Source of the DNA: Octopus bimaculoides
Taxonomy: Eukaryota
Direction of reading: 5' to 3'
Length of the DNA: 56,885 bases
Assembly: GCF_001194135.2 (NCBI RefSeq)
Contig: NC_068985.1
Coordinates: 37,954,641 to 38,011,525, forward strand
Part shown: one piece after another, positions 1 through 11,685 of the stretch
Layout: each line of letters begins with the position of its first letter
How positions within the stretch are numbered: the stretch's first letter is position 1
Made by a program: the position numbers and the translations under genes
Notes under the pieces: model-generated
What the model was told of the DNA's origin: nothing
The model's input: the letters and a program-made list of their open reading frames with translations, nothing else
Databases searched by the model: none

Positions 1-19
1 ATATATATATATAAATATA

Positions 20-173
20 TATAATTGATTTTCTTCAGATTTCCTCTACCACGTCTACTCGAGGACCGGGGCTATTGTAGAAAACATTTGTCCAAGTTGC
101 TACGCAGTAGGGTTGAACCCGGAACAACGTGGTTAGGAATCAAAATTCTTACCACACAGCATTGCCTGCGTCT
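20..173 (-). mobile_element. tRNA-derived SINE family A, 5' half, degenerate
   Basis: Reverse complement matches the head of the full copy at 42927 (gcaggcaatgctgtgtggtaag...gggttcaacc...ttggacaaatg); it abuts the family's internal (TA)n at the window start. Confidence 0.8.
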
Positions 174-394
174 CTCGATCCAATAGCTATTATTCTAACA
201 TTCTTCTCCAACTATGTTTGCTGTGACATAGTTGGCATTTCAGCTTCACCTAATACGAATTAGTTTATCAAACACCATATCACAGTTGTCATTATCAAGA
301 ATAGATCTAGGATTGATAAATAATGATTTATTTTGATTAGGTTTCTGTGATAATTACATAGAGAGTAATGTACTTGATTGAATTAACTCCAGAT

Positions 395-500
395 CCTTTC
401 TGTAACTAGTTTTATGGACTACGAAAGGACAAAAGACAGATGTAGACTCTGGAATGGTTGGAACTCAGAATGGTAAGATACAAAATGAGCGAAGGTATGT
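395..500 (-). mobile_element. Highly degenerate SINE family C fragment
   Basis: cgaaaggacaaaagacagatgtagactctggaatggttggaactcagaatggtaaga resembles cgaaaggatgaaaggcaaagtcgacctcggcggaatttgaactcagaacgtaa of the copies at 11.3-11.6 kb. Confidence 0.45.
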
Positions 501-2896
501 CTGTGGGATTAAGAAGTTCGATTCACAATAACGTGGTTTCAAGTTTGTTCTGAGTGAGCCATGGGCTCACAAATTCTTTGGAAATGGAATTTGGTTGATG
601 GAAAATGAGCTGGATGCACTTTCCATGGGGGACAATGAATAGAAACACATTACAGAGAGAGGGAGAGAGAGAAAATGATAGAGACAGGACAGGGTGTGGA
701 GAGAGAGGGTGAGTGTGTGTGTATATAAACTTCCATAAAAGAAAATATGCCAGAGCAATTTTGTTTTCAGTTTTATTTTTGCTTTTTTTTTTTTAAATTG
801 CATTATTTAACTTTGTTTTGAAAATAAGCATTCATTTTATCTTTACATTAAAACCAAGAAATTTGAAAAAGTTGAATTCAAACAATTGCTTGTGTACCAT
901 ATTTCCTGGTAATATCAGTGATGGTAAAAAGACGAGTACTTTCAAATTTACCCGTCATAGGACGACGGGTAACTCTTTCTTTCTTTCTTTCTTTCTTTCT
1001 CCCCCCATCATGTATATACATATATATATGGGTGTGAAAGAGGTACCGCATTTCCCTTGGTTTTCTCAGTATATCCTTTTTTTCACTTTCATTGCGTGAA
1101 CCTGATTAGCCCAGTGGAAGCCTGTAATCATCACTATTGGCCACCGACGCTGTAAAAGGTAACGAAATTTTTCTTGGAAAGTGTTGATCTCATCAAGAAG
1201 ATATTAAGGAAAATTACGGGCATAGGGTGGGGGGGGGGTTTGAAGGTCATTAATTTTCCCATTTATCTACATCTATTATTGATATGTATATCGGCAAAAG
1301 ACCCTCTCACCAACACACATGTGGAAAAGATATATGCGTGCGCGCCTACAGATATCATTAAAACATAGCTTGGGCTGCCTTTCAAAGATTCTACGCGAAA
1401 CAACCTTGATGATAATCAATTTTTGATTAGCGTCTCCATTAAAAAGAAAAAAAAATGGGTGTCATATTGCTTAGCCCCTGGTCAGCTGTAATCAAACAGA
1501 TCTATACTCAAAAAGTATTCTTGATGTAACTGTACATTTTTCTTTGTTTCTTTTCTTCTTGTCTTGCATTATCCTACGTGTCTTTGCCTTTCTAGGCCAA
1601 CTCCTAGATTGATTTATTATCGCCCTAATTAATTGCTACTTTTAATACAGTTAATTATTGTGATTGACTTCCAACAATTTCGAATCCCAAATGTTGCCAT
1701 TTACATACGTTACTAATAACCTTTGAAAAAGCAAGAACGTTTCGCACTCACTGATTTCTTTTTTTAAAACACATTTCAGGCATTTTTATGTATCTAAGGA
1801 CTCTAATTCTGAAGCTAAGATTTTTACAGAATGGGAGATGGTGCAATTTTTAGCAGGAAATACATTATGCTTGAACTTAGCTCTTTCTTTACAGTATGTC
1901 ATTGTACAGTTGTACATTGAACATGCTTGCACAGAATGTCATTTATATAAGTTAATTATACTAAATCCTTGCTGCTGCCCTTTTCATAAACTTCACCTCT
2001 TTCTCATTTCCTATTTTTAACCTAACTTACTCCCACCCTTTTACTTAGAGTGGACATTACCGTAAAGAAAATGACGTCAATGCTTGTCATAGACAAGGCG
2101 AGAGGGTCAATAAAGTCGGTATTAGTTTTCTAATTCCTCTCACGTTGTACATTCAAACATTCGAATCATTCTGTTGGAATGATTCTCTTGTTCAAAAAAG
2201 CGTAAAGTTATTCTAAACATTAAACTGCTCACCCGCACTGCTGTTCTAAGCCCTTACGGTGGACTTCTTCAATAGACATGGCTTTCTCTCTCTATCTACC
2301 TCCATCTCTTCACCACCACCCTTTCTTTCCTTTTTCTTTTCTTCTTTTCTTTTTATTATTTAGCTTTACTTATTCAAGCTGGTTTTAAACAGTAGAAACT
2401 TTTGTAAAGGAAAGACACTTCACATTTCATCTGTCAGTGATTGCCGCCAACAAGAAATCCTAAACCTGTAAATTGTTTTTGTGAAAACCATTATCATGCG
2501 GCTATTTTGGTTAGAACAGCAGCGTATATTATGAATACTTGTTGTTCAATAAAGAAATGGAGCAGTTAAATTTTGTTGCAGATACGTATAAATAATGTCA
2601 ACTGTCTCAAAAAACATAACTATATGAATGCAGCAATTATTTCGACTTCGTGCAAGATTTAATGTTCTTGCTAAGATGTCATGTGTGTTTGGATAGTTAA
2701 GATACCAATAATCTGGTCTGGTTTTCCGTTTATCATTGAAATGACGATTTGCATTGGAAATCACGCTCTGTTGCTCTGCGAAGTATGCTAAAAGGTTGCT
2801 GTCCTGAACATAAACGGATCTTTTATAACGAATAAACACATGCAATGGGCACTTGATAAAACGAGAACAGATTTTATTTACGCAAGAACAACGCCT

Positions 2897-2939
<43 letters not shown>
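2897..2939. repeat. (AGT)n microsatellite
   Basis: Direct reading. Confidence 0.95.
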
Positions 2940-3143
2940 AAGGAGCAGCTGCTGTCTTGATGACGGTGTATTTATCGTTGTTGTAAAAGCTGAAATATAT
3001 CTAAAATCCTTGAGATGGGCAGCAGTTAAAAATAATGATGATAATAATAAGAATAATAAAAATGGTATTGCTGAAAATCGGGAGAGGAACCAAGAAGGAA
3101 ACGAAAAAAAAATTATGTTTAAAATCACAGATAACGCCAAAAT

Positions 3144-3390
3144 TGATGTAATCGACTAGTAATTTCCCCCAAAATTTCAAGTCTTTTGCCTGTAGTAGAA
3201 AGGATTATAATTAGAAGAGCAATAGATTGGCGCAATTTTCACTGTGTCGAGCAAAATTCCTTTTCGCGGGTCTTTACGTTTTTGGTAAAAAATCTTGCCA
3301 AGATCGATCTCAAGTTTCATTGTTTCTGCTCCATTCAAAGTATTCCAAAATGTAATCGAAATAGAAGCTGTCTTCCAAATGTAATCAAAT
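3144..3390 (+). mobile_element. SINE family C 3' fragment followed by a second degenerate copy
   Basis: gatgtaatcgactag...ccccaaaatttcaagtcttttgcctgtagtagaaaggattat matches the family C tail; gtctttacgtttttggtaaaaaatcttgccaagatcgatctcaagtttcat is a decayed body. Confidence 0.6.
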
Positions 3391-5056
3391 TAGGTGCTGG
3401 GTGGAAAGTCCTGACCGATGTCTCCTCTATAGATCGGGCCGAGCATATGTGCTGAGTCTTAAAAACGGAGGACAAAACATGTTACTGGTTATTGCAAGTA
3501 CACTGCACAGTTGCTAATAGATTGGTTCTATCTCACATGTGAGAAGAAGTAATGAGGGGAGTGAACCACTAACAGATATATTCGTTAATGCTGACATTAA
3601 CTATTGATTTTGCGATTCCTTTTGGGTGAGTGCTGAGTTCCTGGTGAACTTTGTAGATCATAAGGCATCCCTTAATTCTACCAATTTTAGGAGCACAAAG
3701 AAAGCAGAGTGACTGAGAAGGCAGAAGGTCCGGTTGTTAAACATATAAGAATAAGGGTCTCATGAGTGACTCGTGATGAAAAACACAGAAGGGACGCGGC
3801 ATTCAGTAGCAGTTGTGTCTAGAGTGGATGTATCTGAGTGATCAGGTCGCAGGTTGCATGTCGAAAATTCACGCACTATAAATTCAAGTGAATTTAACAT
3901 ATTTGTATGTTGTTGAATTACCAACAGAAATCTTTCACGACATAGTTGTCTCTTTATGTAGGTTTTCAATGCTAGTTAATACCTCTCGCATCTCCCTCAA
4001 GATGCTGAGATAATGTAATGGTAGGCCTGCTTTATTAGAATCTTAACAAAATTAAACCATGTATAACACATTTGCATATACTACAAAATCTGACAATAAT
4101 TACCAGATTACCAACATAATGTGGATTACGAATATATAATTATACGAGTCCTGTCGATATGGAATGCTAAACAATAAAATCTGAAGTTCCGGGGGCTCTA
4201 GGCGTATTTCATATAAACTAAATTTTTAAAATGAGAGAATCTCTAACAGGCCACTCAAAGAGTCATATTTTTACTTTGCTCGTATTTTCACGATGCATTT
4301 TTCAACAATTCCGGGCCAATATGCAAATTGTTCAAATAACAGATCTTAGAGTGGTTTGGTTTGTAATTTACACGCATTGTTGTGTAGGCAACTCGGTGAA
4401 TGAATGACTGGCTCTTATCTCTGTAAAAGTAAATTGTAAAATAAAACATAGTACATACCCCATAAAGCCATCCTGAGAAAGACATGCAACAGAAACGCAG
4501 CCACATCACATACAAAGCTAAATACACCGACAGGCACACATGGACACATTTATTTACTGATGTATAGATAAAAACACATACATACACCGACGCACATTCA
4601 CTGCTTCGCTCTTGCTCATGCATGTACATAAACATGTATGCACGCTCAAACACAAACATACTACACCACGTACACTCACAGACAATTCTTCAGCTATCAA
4701 TTGTCCAATATCTATAAACTATTGCGAATGTCAGTAATTATTGCATTCTCTCGAATAAATTCCGTCGCTAACATTGCAATAAGGGGAGGTATGAAAAGAG
4801 GCATGCATTGGCAAGCACCACAATGATAGGGAACATTCCACGAAAAAGGGACACTTCCTCATGCCCCATCCCTTTCTTAGCTGCTTCTACATGTTGGTTA
4901 CTGAACATCCTTCAATGTGTTAATTAATCACTGAATGCGAACGACAGCGATTTTTAAAGTCAGAGAAGCACATACACATACATGAGGATATATATACATA
5001 TATTAATGTTTGTTGCTGGAAAGGGAGGTAAGAGTAGAAACAGAGAAACAGTCCGG

Positions 5057-5058
5057 CT

Positions 5059-5114
<56 letters not shown>

Positions 5115-5242
5115 TGTGTATAGGATAAGAAGAATTTATTAAATGAAAGCGTACGAGAGGGAGGAGAGAAAATGAGTTACACGAGAGGTCAGATTCGCAG
5201 CCATTTTGTTAAATCTCACTCTCTCTCTCTCTCTCTCTCTCT
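5057..5242. repeat. (GT)n(GA)n and (CT)n microsatellites flanking a short unique segment
   Basis: Direct reading; (CT)n runs into the gap at 5243. Confidence 0.9.
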
Positions 5243-6326
5243 NNNNNNNNNNNNNNNNNNNNNNNNNNNNNNNNNNNNNNNNNNNNNNNNNNNNNNNNNN
5301 NNNNNNNNNNNNNNNNNNNNNNNNNNNNNNNNNNNNNNNNNNNNNNNNNNNNNNNNNNNNNNNNNNNNNNNNNNNNNNNNNNNNNNNNNNNNNNNNNNNN
5401 NNNNNNNNNNNNNNNNNNNNNNNNNNNNNNNNNNNNNNNNNNNNNNNNNNNNNNNNNNNNNNNNNNNNNNNNNNNNNNNNNNNNNNNNNNNNNNNNNNNN
5501 NNNNNNNNNNNNNNNNNNNNNNNNNNNNNNNNNNNNNNNNNNNNNNNNNNNNNNNNNNNNNNNNNNNNNNNNNATATATATATATATATATATATATATA
5601 ATGTATGTGTAATGTATGCATATTCATATGTATATACATATGTATATATATATATATATGTGTGTGTGTCTGTGTGAGTGTGACAGCGCGTGCATTTATG
5701 CGCAGAGATCGAAAGAAGGGGAAAGAAAGTATTAGAAAAGGAAGAAAGACGTGCTCAGGAAGAAAATCTGAAGTGGTGGGAACAAAAAAAGGAATAACCA
5801 AGTACAGAAAAGGAAGGAATGGGACAATGACACAAAAGAAACAATTAAAAAAAAGCTCTAGGTGACATAGAGGACAGTGGTCATGTAGGTCATTCTACCG
5901 AGGGTAGTGGTCGCTGTGGTAGCGATAGTAGATGTTGGTGACAGTTGCCATTAATTTAGTGATAGCAACGGCAGCCGTGACGATAACAACAACAATGGTA
6001 GCATGGATTGTGGTGCCGTTAACCTACAGGGATGAAAGTATTGTGATTGTTGTGGTCGGTTGTAGGCGTGGTGGTGGCAGTGATAGACAGGAGGTGAAGG
6101 TAGATGTACTGACGGTGATAACAAGTGAGGTTGTTGTTATTCATTGTAATGTTGATAATGATAATTGTGGCTGTGACTAGAAGCAAATGGAGAAAGTGAA
6201 CGAGAACTAGTAATGAGGGGATTTGAAAAAGGAACTAATAATGTACGATTTGAAACATCTACCACTCCGCTTTTTTGTTGATTCATCTTAGAGAAGTGGT
6301 TTCATATATAAATGTCGAAGTAGAAA

Positions 6327-6985
6327 GGCGACGAGCTGGCGAAATCATCAACATACCGGACAAAATGCTTAGTGGTATTTCTTCCGGCTCTTTACGTTTG
6401 GAGTTCAAACTCCGTTGAGGTCGACTTTGCCTTTCACTTTGTCTGGGTCGATGAATGAAACACAAGTTGCAATCGACGTTTCTCACAATCCAGCAAAATA
6501 TCAGGTTTTGCGGCTATAGTAGGAATAATAATAATAATAATTTTTACTTCTGAGTTCAAATTCCTCCGAAGTTGACGTTGCCTTTCATCCTTTCGGGGTC
6601 GATAAATTAAGTACCAGTTATGCACTAGGGTCGATGTAATCGACTAGTTGTCTCCCTCCCAAATTTCAGTCCTTGTGCCTTTAGTAGAAAGGATTATTAT
6701 TATTATTATTATTATTATTATTGTTGTTGTTGCTGTTGTTGAAAGCGGGACAGAATCGTTAGCACGCCAGGCAAAATGCTTAGCGGCATTTCGTCCGTTT
6801 TCACGTTTTGCGTTCAAATTCCGCGTGGTCGGTTTGCCTTTCATTCTTTCAAGGTCAACAATTGAGCACCATGGTCGATAACATCGTTAAAGTAAAGTAA
6901 CGTATAAGCTGGTGGTCGACATAATTGACTAATCCTCTTACTCAAAGTTTTGGCTTGTGTCTATGTTAGAAACAATTATAATTAT
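6327..6985 (+). mobile_element. Head-to-tail cluster of about three tRNA-derived SINE family C copies separated by (TAA/TTA)n tails
   Basis: Heads aaggcgacgagctggcgaaatc (6327) and gcgggacagaatcgttagcacgccaggc (6745); B-box-like gagttcaaattcc; body gcctttcatcctttcggggtcgataaattaagtaccagt; tail gccttgtgcctttagtagaaaggattatt. Confidence 0.9.
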
Positions 6986-7160
6986 TGTTGTTGTTGTGAT
7001 TGGTAACATCCCACAGAACACTGCTTTGGGGGTATTTTCTTCCGATATTACTTGACGGAAAAAGGCATCGTATTGTTTCTGTACATCGATAAAGCGCTTA
7101 GAAAATGACTGTTCTGCTCTACATTTCAGTTTCTTGCATCAATAATCTGCTCCTTTAATT

Positions 7161-7406
7161 CAGTGGTTCTCAATCGTGCTCTATATGGCCCTTAGGGGTC
7201 CATATAAAATTTTGTCGTTAAAACTTATCTGCAACAAATTGGTTATACTCCTACAACGCCCAAAATATTTCTGCAATATTTTTTATCTTCATAAGATTTA
7301 ATTATAAAAATATAATAGGATTTTTTAAACATCAAATGGCTAGGAGGGGAAAAGAAGAAAATAAAACGGGGCGGGGGCATAGGTAAAAAATGTTTTAGAA
7401 ACACTG
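7161..7406. mobile_element. Non-autonomous hAT (Charlie-like) MITE with 8-bp target-site duplication
   Basis: Termini CAGTGGTTCTCAA and TTAGAAACACTG are imperfect inverted repeats. The identical 8-mer CTTTAATT lies at 7153-7160 and 7407-7414. An 8-bp TSD with CAG termini is typical of hAT elements. Confidence 0.85.
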
Positions 7407-7970
7407 CTTTAATTGAAGAAAACAACAATCAAATGCAAAAAAAAAAAAAAAAAAATCCAGATCTGTCATCAACGTTTATTCCCCTTCGGAAATTATGAGT
7501 TTACTTCCATTATGTAAATTACAGAACTTTAGTGATCCAAATGGATGAAGCCCTTGAATTTGAAAGAAAATTATGACGCGACATCCTAAAGCAGTTAATA
7601 TAAACTTAAAACCTGAAATTTCCTGTATCTAAGTACCCTAGAATTAAATAAAAATCAATATGCCCGACTAGGATTTCTTATGTATATAAGCATTCTATAT
7701 AGTTAACGCAAAATGTGAGACTGCATTTCTTTAATCTGTAGAATCCTTAAATGCGTGTATGTGTGTATATGTATGTGTCTTATATGAATCTGTTAATCAC
7801 AAATAACATTCGATTCCACGAAACGTTATCTGAAGATTTCGTACTTTTTGCAGACTCCCAAATTTACAGACAACAGTTTATTAATTACATATATCTATGA
7901 CATATTCATTAATGGCTAAAAATGATCGAAGGCAATTGCCTCAACCATCACCACCACCCAGTACAACCAA

Positions 7971-8075
7971 TTCTTCTTCTTCTTCTTCTTCTTCTTCTTC
8001 TTCTTCTTCTTCTTCTTCTTCTTCTTCTTCTTCTTCTTCTTCTTCTTCTTTTTCTACTACTACTACTACTACTAC
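7971..8075. repeat. (TTC)n followed by (TAC)n microsatellite
   Basis: Direct reading; it explains the poly-S/L/E/R ORFs at 7897-8181. Confidence 0.95.
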
Positions 8076-8911
8076 TGTCGGATCTGCAGTTGCTGTTACG
8101 TCTGTTGTTGCAGTTCCAGTAACATCGTGCATTGCCTCGCTTTTCGGATTTTAGGAAAAAACACCCGTTTCTTAGAAACATTCACTTTAAACAATACATA
8201 TNNNNNNNNNNNNNNNNNNNNNNNNNNNNNNNNNNNNNNNNNNNNNNNNNNNNNNNNNNNNNNNNNNNNNNNNNNNNNNNNNNNNNNNNNNNNNNNNNNN
8301 NNNNNNNNNNNNNNNNNNNNNNGTGTGTGTGTGTGTGTGTGTGCGTGTGTGCGCGCGCGTGTACAAACAGCCGCAGACTATTTTGTTTTAGTATTTTAAT
8401 GCTCTAGAAGACGGAAGTTTGCGCCCATGGGCCGTTGTCTGGAGTTCTGGAAGTGGAAGTAAAAACTTCTGCATGTGGATCCCTGGCTCGAATTTTTTGC
8501 AACAGAATAGACTCTCTGCTGAAAACACCAAAGGGCCAGCAGTGTTAAACCGAGCGATGAATTAATTTAGCTACACAAGAACAGGAACCACGCAACTATG
8601 CCTGTGCTCATCGATGCAATAACCAGCATTATTATGAAAATGTGAATGTTCAATTTCAAATCGGCAATTAATACCTGAGTATTTTTTTAAATCGACCATT
8701 CGTACACTTTCTTCAAAATTAATTGTTTTTCCACCAACGCCACTGTCCCTGAATCATACATAGTTGCCTACTATCATATTTAATCTTCGCTGTTCTGGAT
8801 AGCATTTTGGAAACTTTTGTAATTCCATATTCTGTAGTGGCTTATTGATTTGAGAATCGTTAACACCTCTGTCTGTACCTGTCTCTCTGTCTGTTTGATG
8901 TCTGTTATATA

Positions 8912-9135
8912 TATCTTTTACTATCTTTTATCTTTTATGATCACTGGACTGTGGCCATGCTGTGGTACCGCCTTGAAGAGTTAGTGAAACAAGTCGACCC
9001 CATCGCTTATTTTTTGAAGCCTGGTACTTATTCTATAGTTCACTTTTTGCTGGATCGCTATATTTCGGGGGACGTGAAGAAAACGATAATGGCTGCCAAG
9101 CGATGGTGGGGATCAAACAACACGCACACGCACCA
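8912..9135 (-). mobile_element. SINE family A, 3' half
   Basis: tcttttatcttttatgatcactggactgtggccatgctgtggtaccgcctt...gtcgacccc...cctggtacttattctat...ggggacgtgaa is the reverse complement of the 3' half of the 42927 copy. Confidence 0.8.
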
Positions 9136-9301
9136 TACTCAGAGACACATATGTAATATTCAGCCTGTCTTTTTCAACACAAATCTTTCCATTCTTGTTG
9201 TATATCCTGCCTTTTACCGGCATCACAGTCGTTTTGTCAACCATAACTGGATGAACACTATGTGGTGTTTATGACGGCGACAACAACAACAATAATGATA
9301 A

Positions 9302-9529
9302 TAATCCTTTCTACTTTAGGCACAAGACCTGAAATTTTGGAGGAAGAGGAGGTGGAGTAGGAGTAAGAGGAGAGATCGATCCCAGTGTTTCACTGGTACT
9401 TTCCTCGTGGATTTGAAAAGATGAAAAGCAAATTCGAACTCAGCAGAATTTGAACTTAGAACGTAAAGTAGAACAAAATGACGCTAAGCGTTTTGCTCGA
9501 CGTGCTAATGATTTTGCAAGCTCACCGCC

Positions 9530-9530
<1 letters not shown>
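9302..9530 (-). mobile_element. SINE family C, full length
   Basis: atcctttctactttaggcacaagacctgaaattttgg through gaatttgaacttagaacgtaa to gcaagctcaccgcct; (AAT)n follows at 9531-9604. Confidence 0.85.
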
Positions 9531-9604
<74 letters not shown>

Positions 9605-9606
<2 letters not shown>

Positions 9607-9653
9607 TAGCCACAACAGAAGTTGCTGGAAAAATAGCTGATGACCGGAACTCC

Positions 9654-9684
<31 letters not shown>

Positions 9685-10043
9685 ACCGAGAACACTATAC
9701 TAGCTGCGCAGGATCAAACTTTGGCCACGATTCTGAGGAATGAACAAGCGTCTCCGCTGAGCTGCATCTGCAATAGTGGATGAAACCATTGCTCATATCA
9801 CGGATGAATGCTCTAGACTTGCCCAAAACTACTACAGGTTGTGGCGATACGACCGGGTGGCGAAAGTGCTACATTGGAAACTGTGCGAAAAGGGGGGGGG
9901 GCTAGAGAGAGGCAAGACGTGGTATGAGCAGAAATCGCAGAGAGTGTCAGAGTCGAAGACTAGCAAAATCCTCTGGGATTTCCCAATCCAAACATCAGGT
10001 GCAAGAGCGTAACAGACCGGACCTAGTAGTGGTGGACAGGGAG
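9605..10043 (+). pseudogene. Decayed fragment of an R4/Dong-type non-LTR retrotransposon ORF (post-RT region, CCHC knuckle, start of restriction-like endonuclease)
   Basis: Across two small frameshifts it reads ETENTILAAQDQTLAT..SPLSCICNS/VDETIAHITDECSRLAQNYYRLWRYDRVAKVLHWKLC..WYEQK..KILWDFPIQT/QVQERNRPDLVVVDRE. ETE..AxQDQ, CxxC..H..C, R[H]DxVA..LHW.LC, KILWDF.IQT and NRPD are the conserved series of R4-clade RLE elements. Confidence 0.85.
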
Positions 10044-10140
10044 TCGATAAAATAAGTACCAGTTGACTGGGGTCAATGTAATCGATTAAACCCCTCCCCC
10101 AAAATTGCTGGCCTTGTGCCAAAATTTGAAACCAATATTG
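10043..10140 (+). mobile_element. 5'-truncated SINE family C (variant tail gccttgtgccaaaatttgaaaccaatatt)
   Basis: gtcgataaaataagtaccagttgactggggtcaatgtaatcgatt matches the family C body. Confidence 0.85.
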
Positions 10141-10247
10141 TGTTTTATAATAGATACCTAGATATTTGAGAGTCTACCCTCTTTTTCTTTTAACTTGCGT
10201 TTTCCTCCACGTTTTTCTTTAAAAAATAAATCATGTCCATACACGTG

Positions 10248-10279
<32 letters not shown>

Positions 10280-11020
10280 TGTATGATAATTCTGAAAGCC
10301 ACTTCAGGTGACTTTAAGACCACTCATGATTAGTTCTTATTTGAATTTTCATTTGTTCTGCATATTTCTATAAATTGAATGAATTCACTTTGTTAAACAG
10401 TGCAGATAGAAAAGACAATTTGACAAGTCGGTGACATGTAACCTTAAGCTACGTTTTGTATATTAGCCGATAATTGAAAGCCAGTTGGGTGTTTTCAAAT
10501 CACTTCAAATCTATATTTGTTTCAAAGAAGTAGAACATCTCCACGAATAAAAAAAAAAGCAAATTGTATTTTTGTTCCAGTTAATCTTTTTTTATTTAAC
10601 AAAACTCACTAGATTTTAGAATCATGCATTCATCATCATTCCGTTGAATATTAAAAAAAAAAAATAATATATATATNNNNNNNNNNNNNNNNNNNNNNNN
10701 NNNNNNNNNNNNNNNNNNNNNNNNNNNNNNNNNNNNNNNNNNNNNNNNNNNNNNNNNNNNNNNNNNNNNNNNNNNNNNNNNNNNNNNNNNNNNNNNNNNN
10801 NNNNNNNNNNNNNNNNNNNNNNNNNNNNNNNNNNNNNNNNNNNNNNNNNNNNNNNNNNNNNNNNNNNNNNNNNNNAACGCACGAAATAACTATATATTAT
10901 AAAGGTTATTTATTCATATACTAGACGTGAGCTTTAGATTCCTGTCTAAATTGACATGAAAACTCTGCAGTATCAAAAGATTACCTCTTATTTTATATCG
11001 CTCTCTACTATCAGAATTAA

Positions 11021-11235
11021 ATTATTGATTTCAAATTTTGGCGCAAGGTCAGCAATTTTGGGGTGCGGGTTAAGTTGATTACAACAACCCCACAGTTCAA
11101 CTGGTACTTATTTAATCCGAAAGAACGAAAATCAAAGTCGACCTCGCCGGAATTTGAACCCAGAGAGTAAAAACGGACGAAATATCGCTAAGCGTTTTCA
11201 TCAGTGTGCTACCAATTCTGCCAGCTCACCGCTTT
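11021..11235 (-). mobile_element. SINE family C, older full copy
   Basis: Tail tttcaaattttggcgcaagg, body aaagtcgacctcgccggaatttgaacccag, head ttctgccagctcaccgcttt. Confidence 0.85.
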
Positions 11236-11247
11236 TGTCAGTACTAA

Positions 11248-11685
11248 GATATTCTTTTCTACTCTAGGCACAAGGCCCGAAATTTTGGGGAAGGGAACCA
11301 CTCGATTAGATCGACCCCAGTACGCAACTGGTACTTAATTTATCGATCCCGAAAGGATGAAAGGCAAAGTCGACCTCGGCGGAATTTGAACTTAGAACGT
11401 AAAAACAGATGAAATACCGCTAAGCATTTCACCCGGCGTCCTAACGTTTCTTATTTCTTTATTGCCCATAAGGGGCTAAACATAGAGGGGACAAACAAGG
11501 ACAGACAAAGGGATTAAGTCGATTACATCGACCCCAGTGCGCAACTGGTACTTAACTTATCGACCTCGAAAGGATGAAAGGCAAAGTCGACCTCGGCGGA
11601 ATTTGAACTCAGAACGTAAGGGCAGACGAAATACCGCTAAGTATTTCGCCCGGCCTGCTAACGTTTCTGCCTGCTCGCGGCCTTC
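11248..11685 (-). mobile_element. Dimeric SINE family C element (two monomers with different tails) flanked by a 9-bp direct repeat
   Basis: The monomer at 11249-11450 lacks the first ~17 nt of the head; the monomer at 11451-11684 is complete. CAGTACTAA lies at 11239-11247 and 11686-11694. Confidence 0.85.

Noticed and set aside
2546-2845. 99-aa minus-strand ORF
   Set aside because: No recognisable domain and no clear splice sites; this length is attainable by chance.
7897-8181. Poly-Ser/Leu/Glu/Arg ORFs
   Set aside because: All are frames of a (TTC)n(TAC)n microsatellite, with no splice signals or complex coding sequence.
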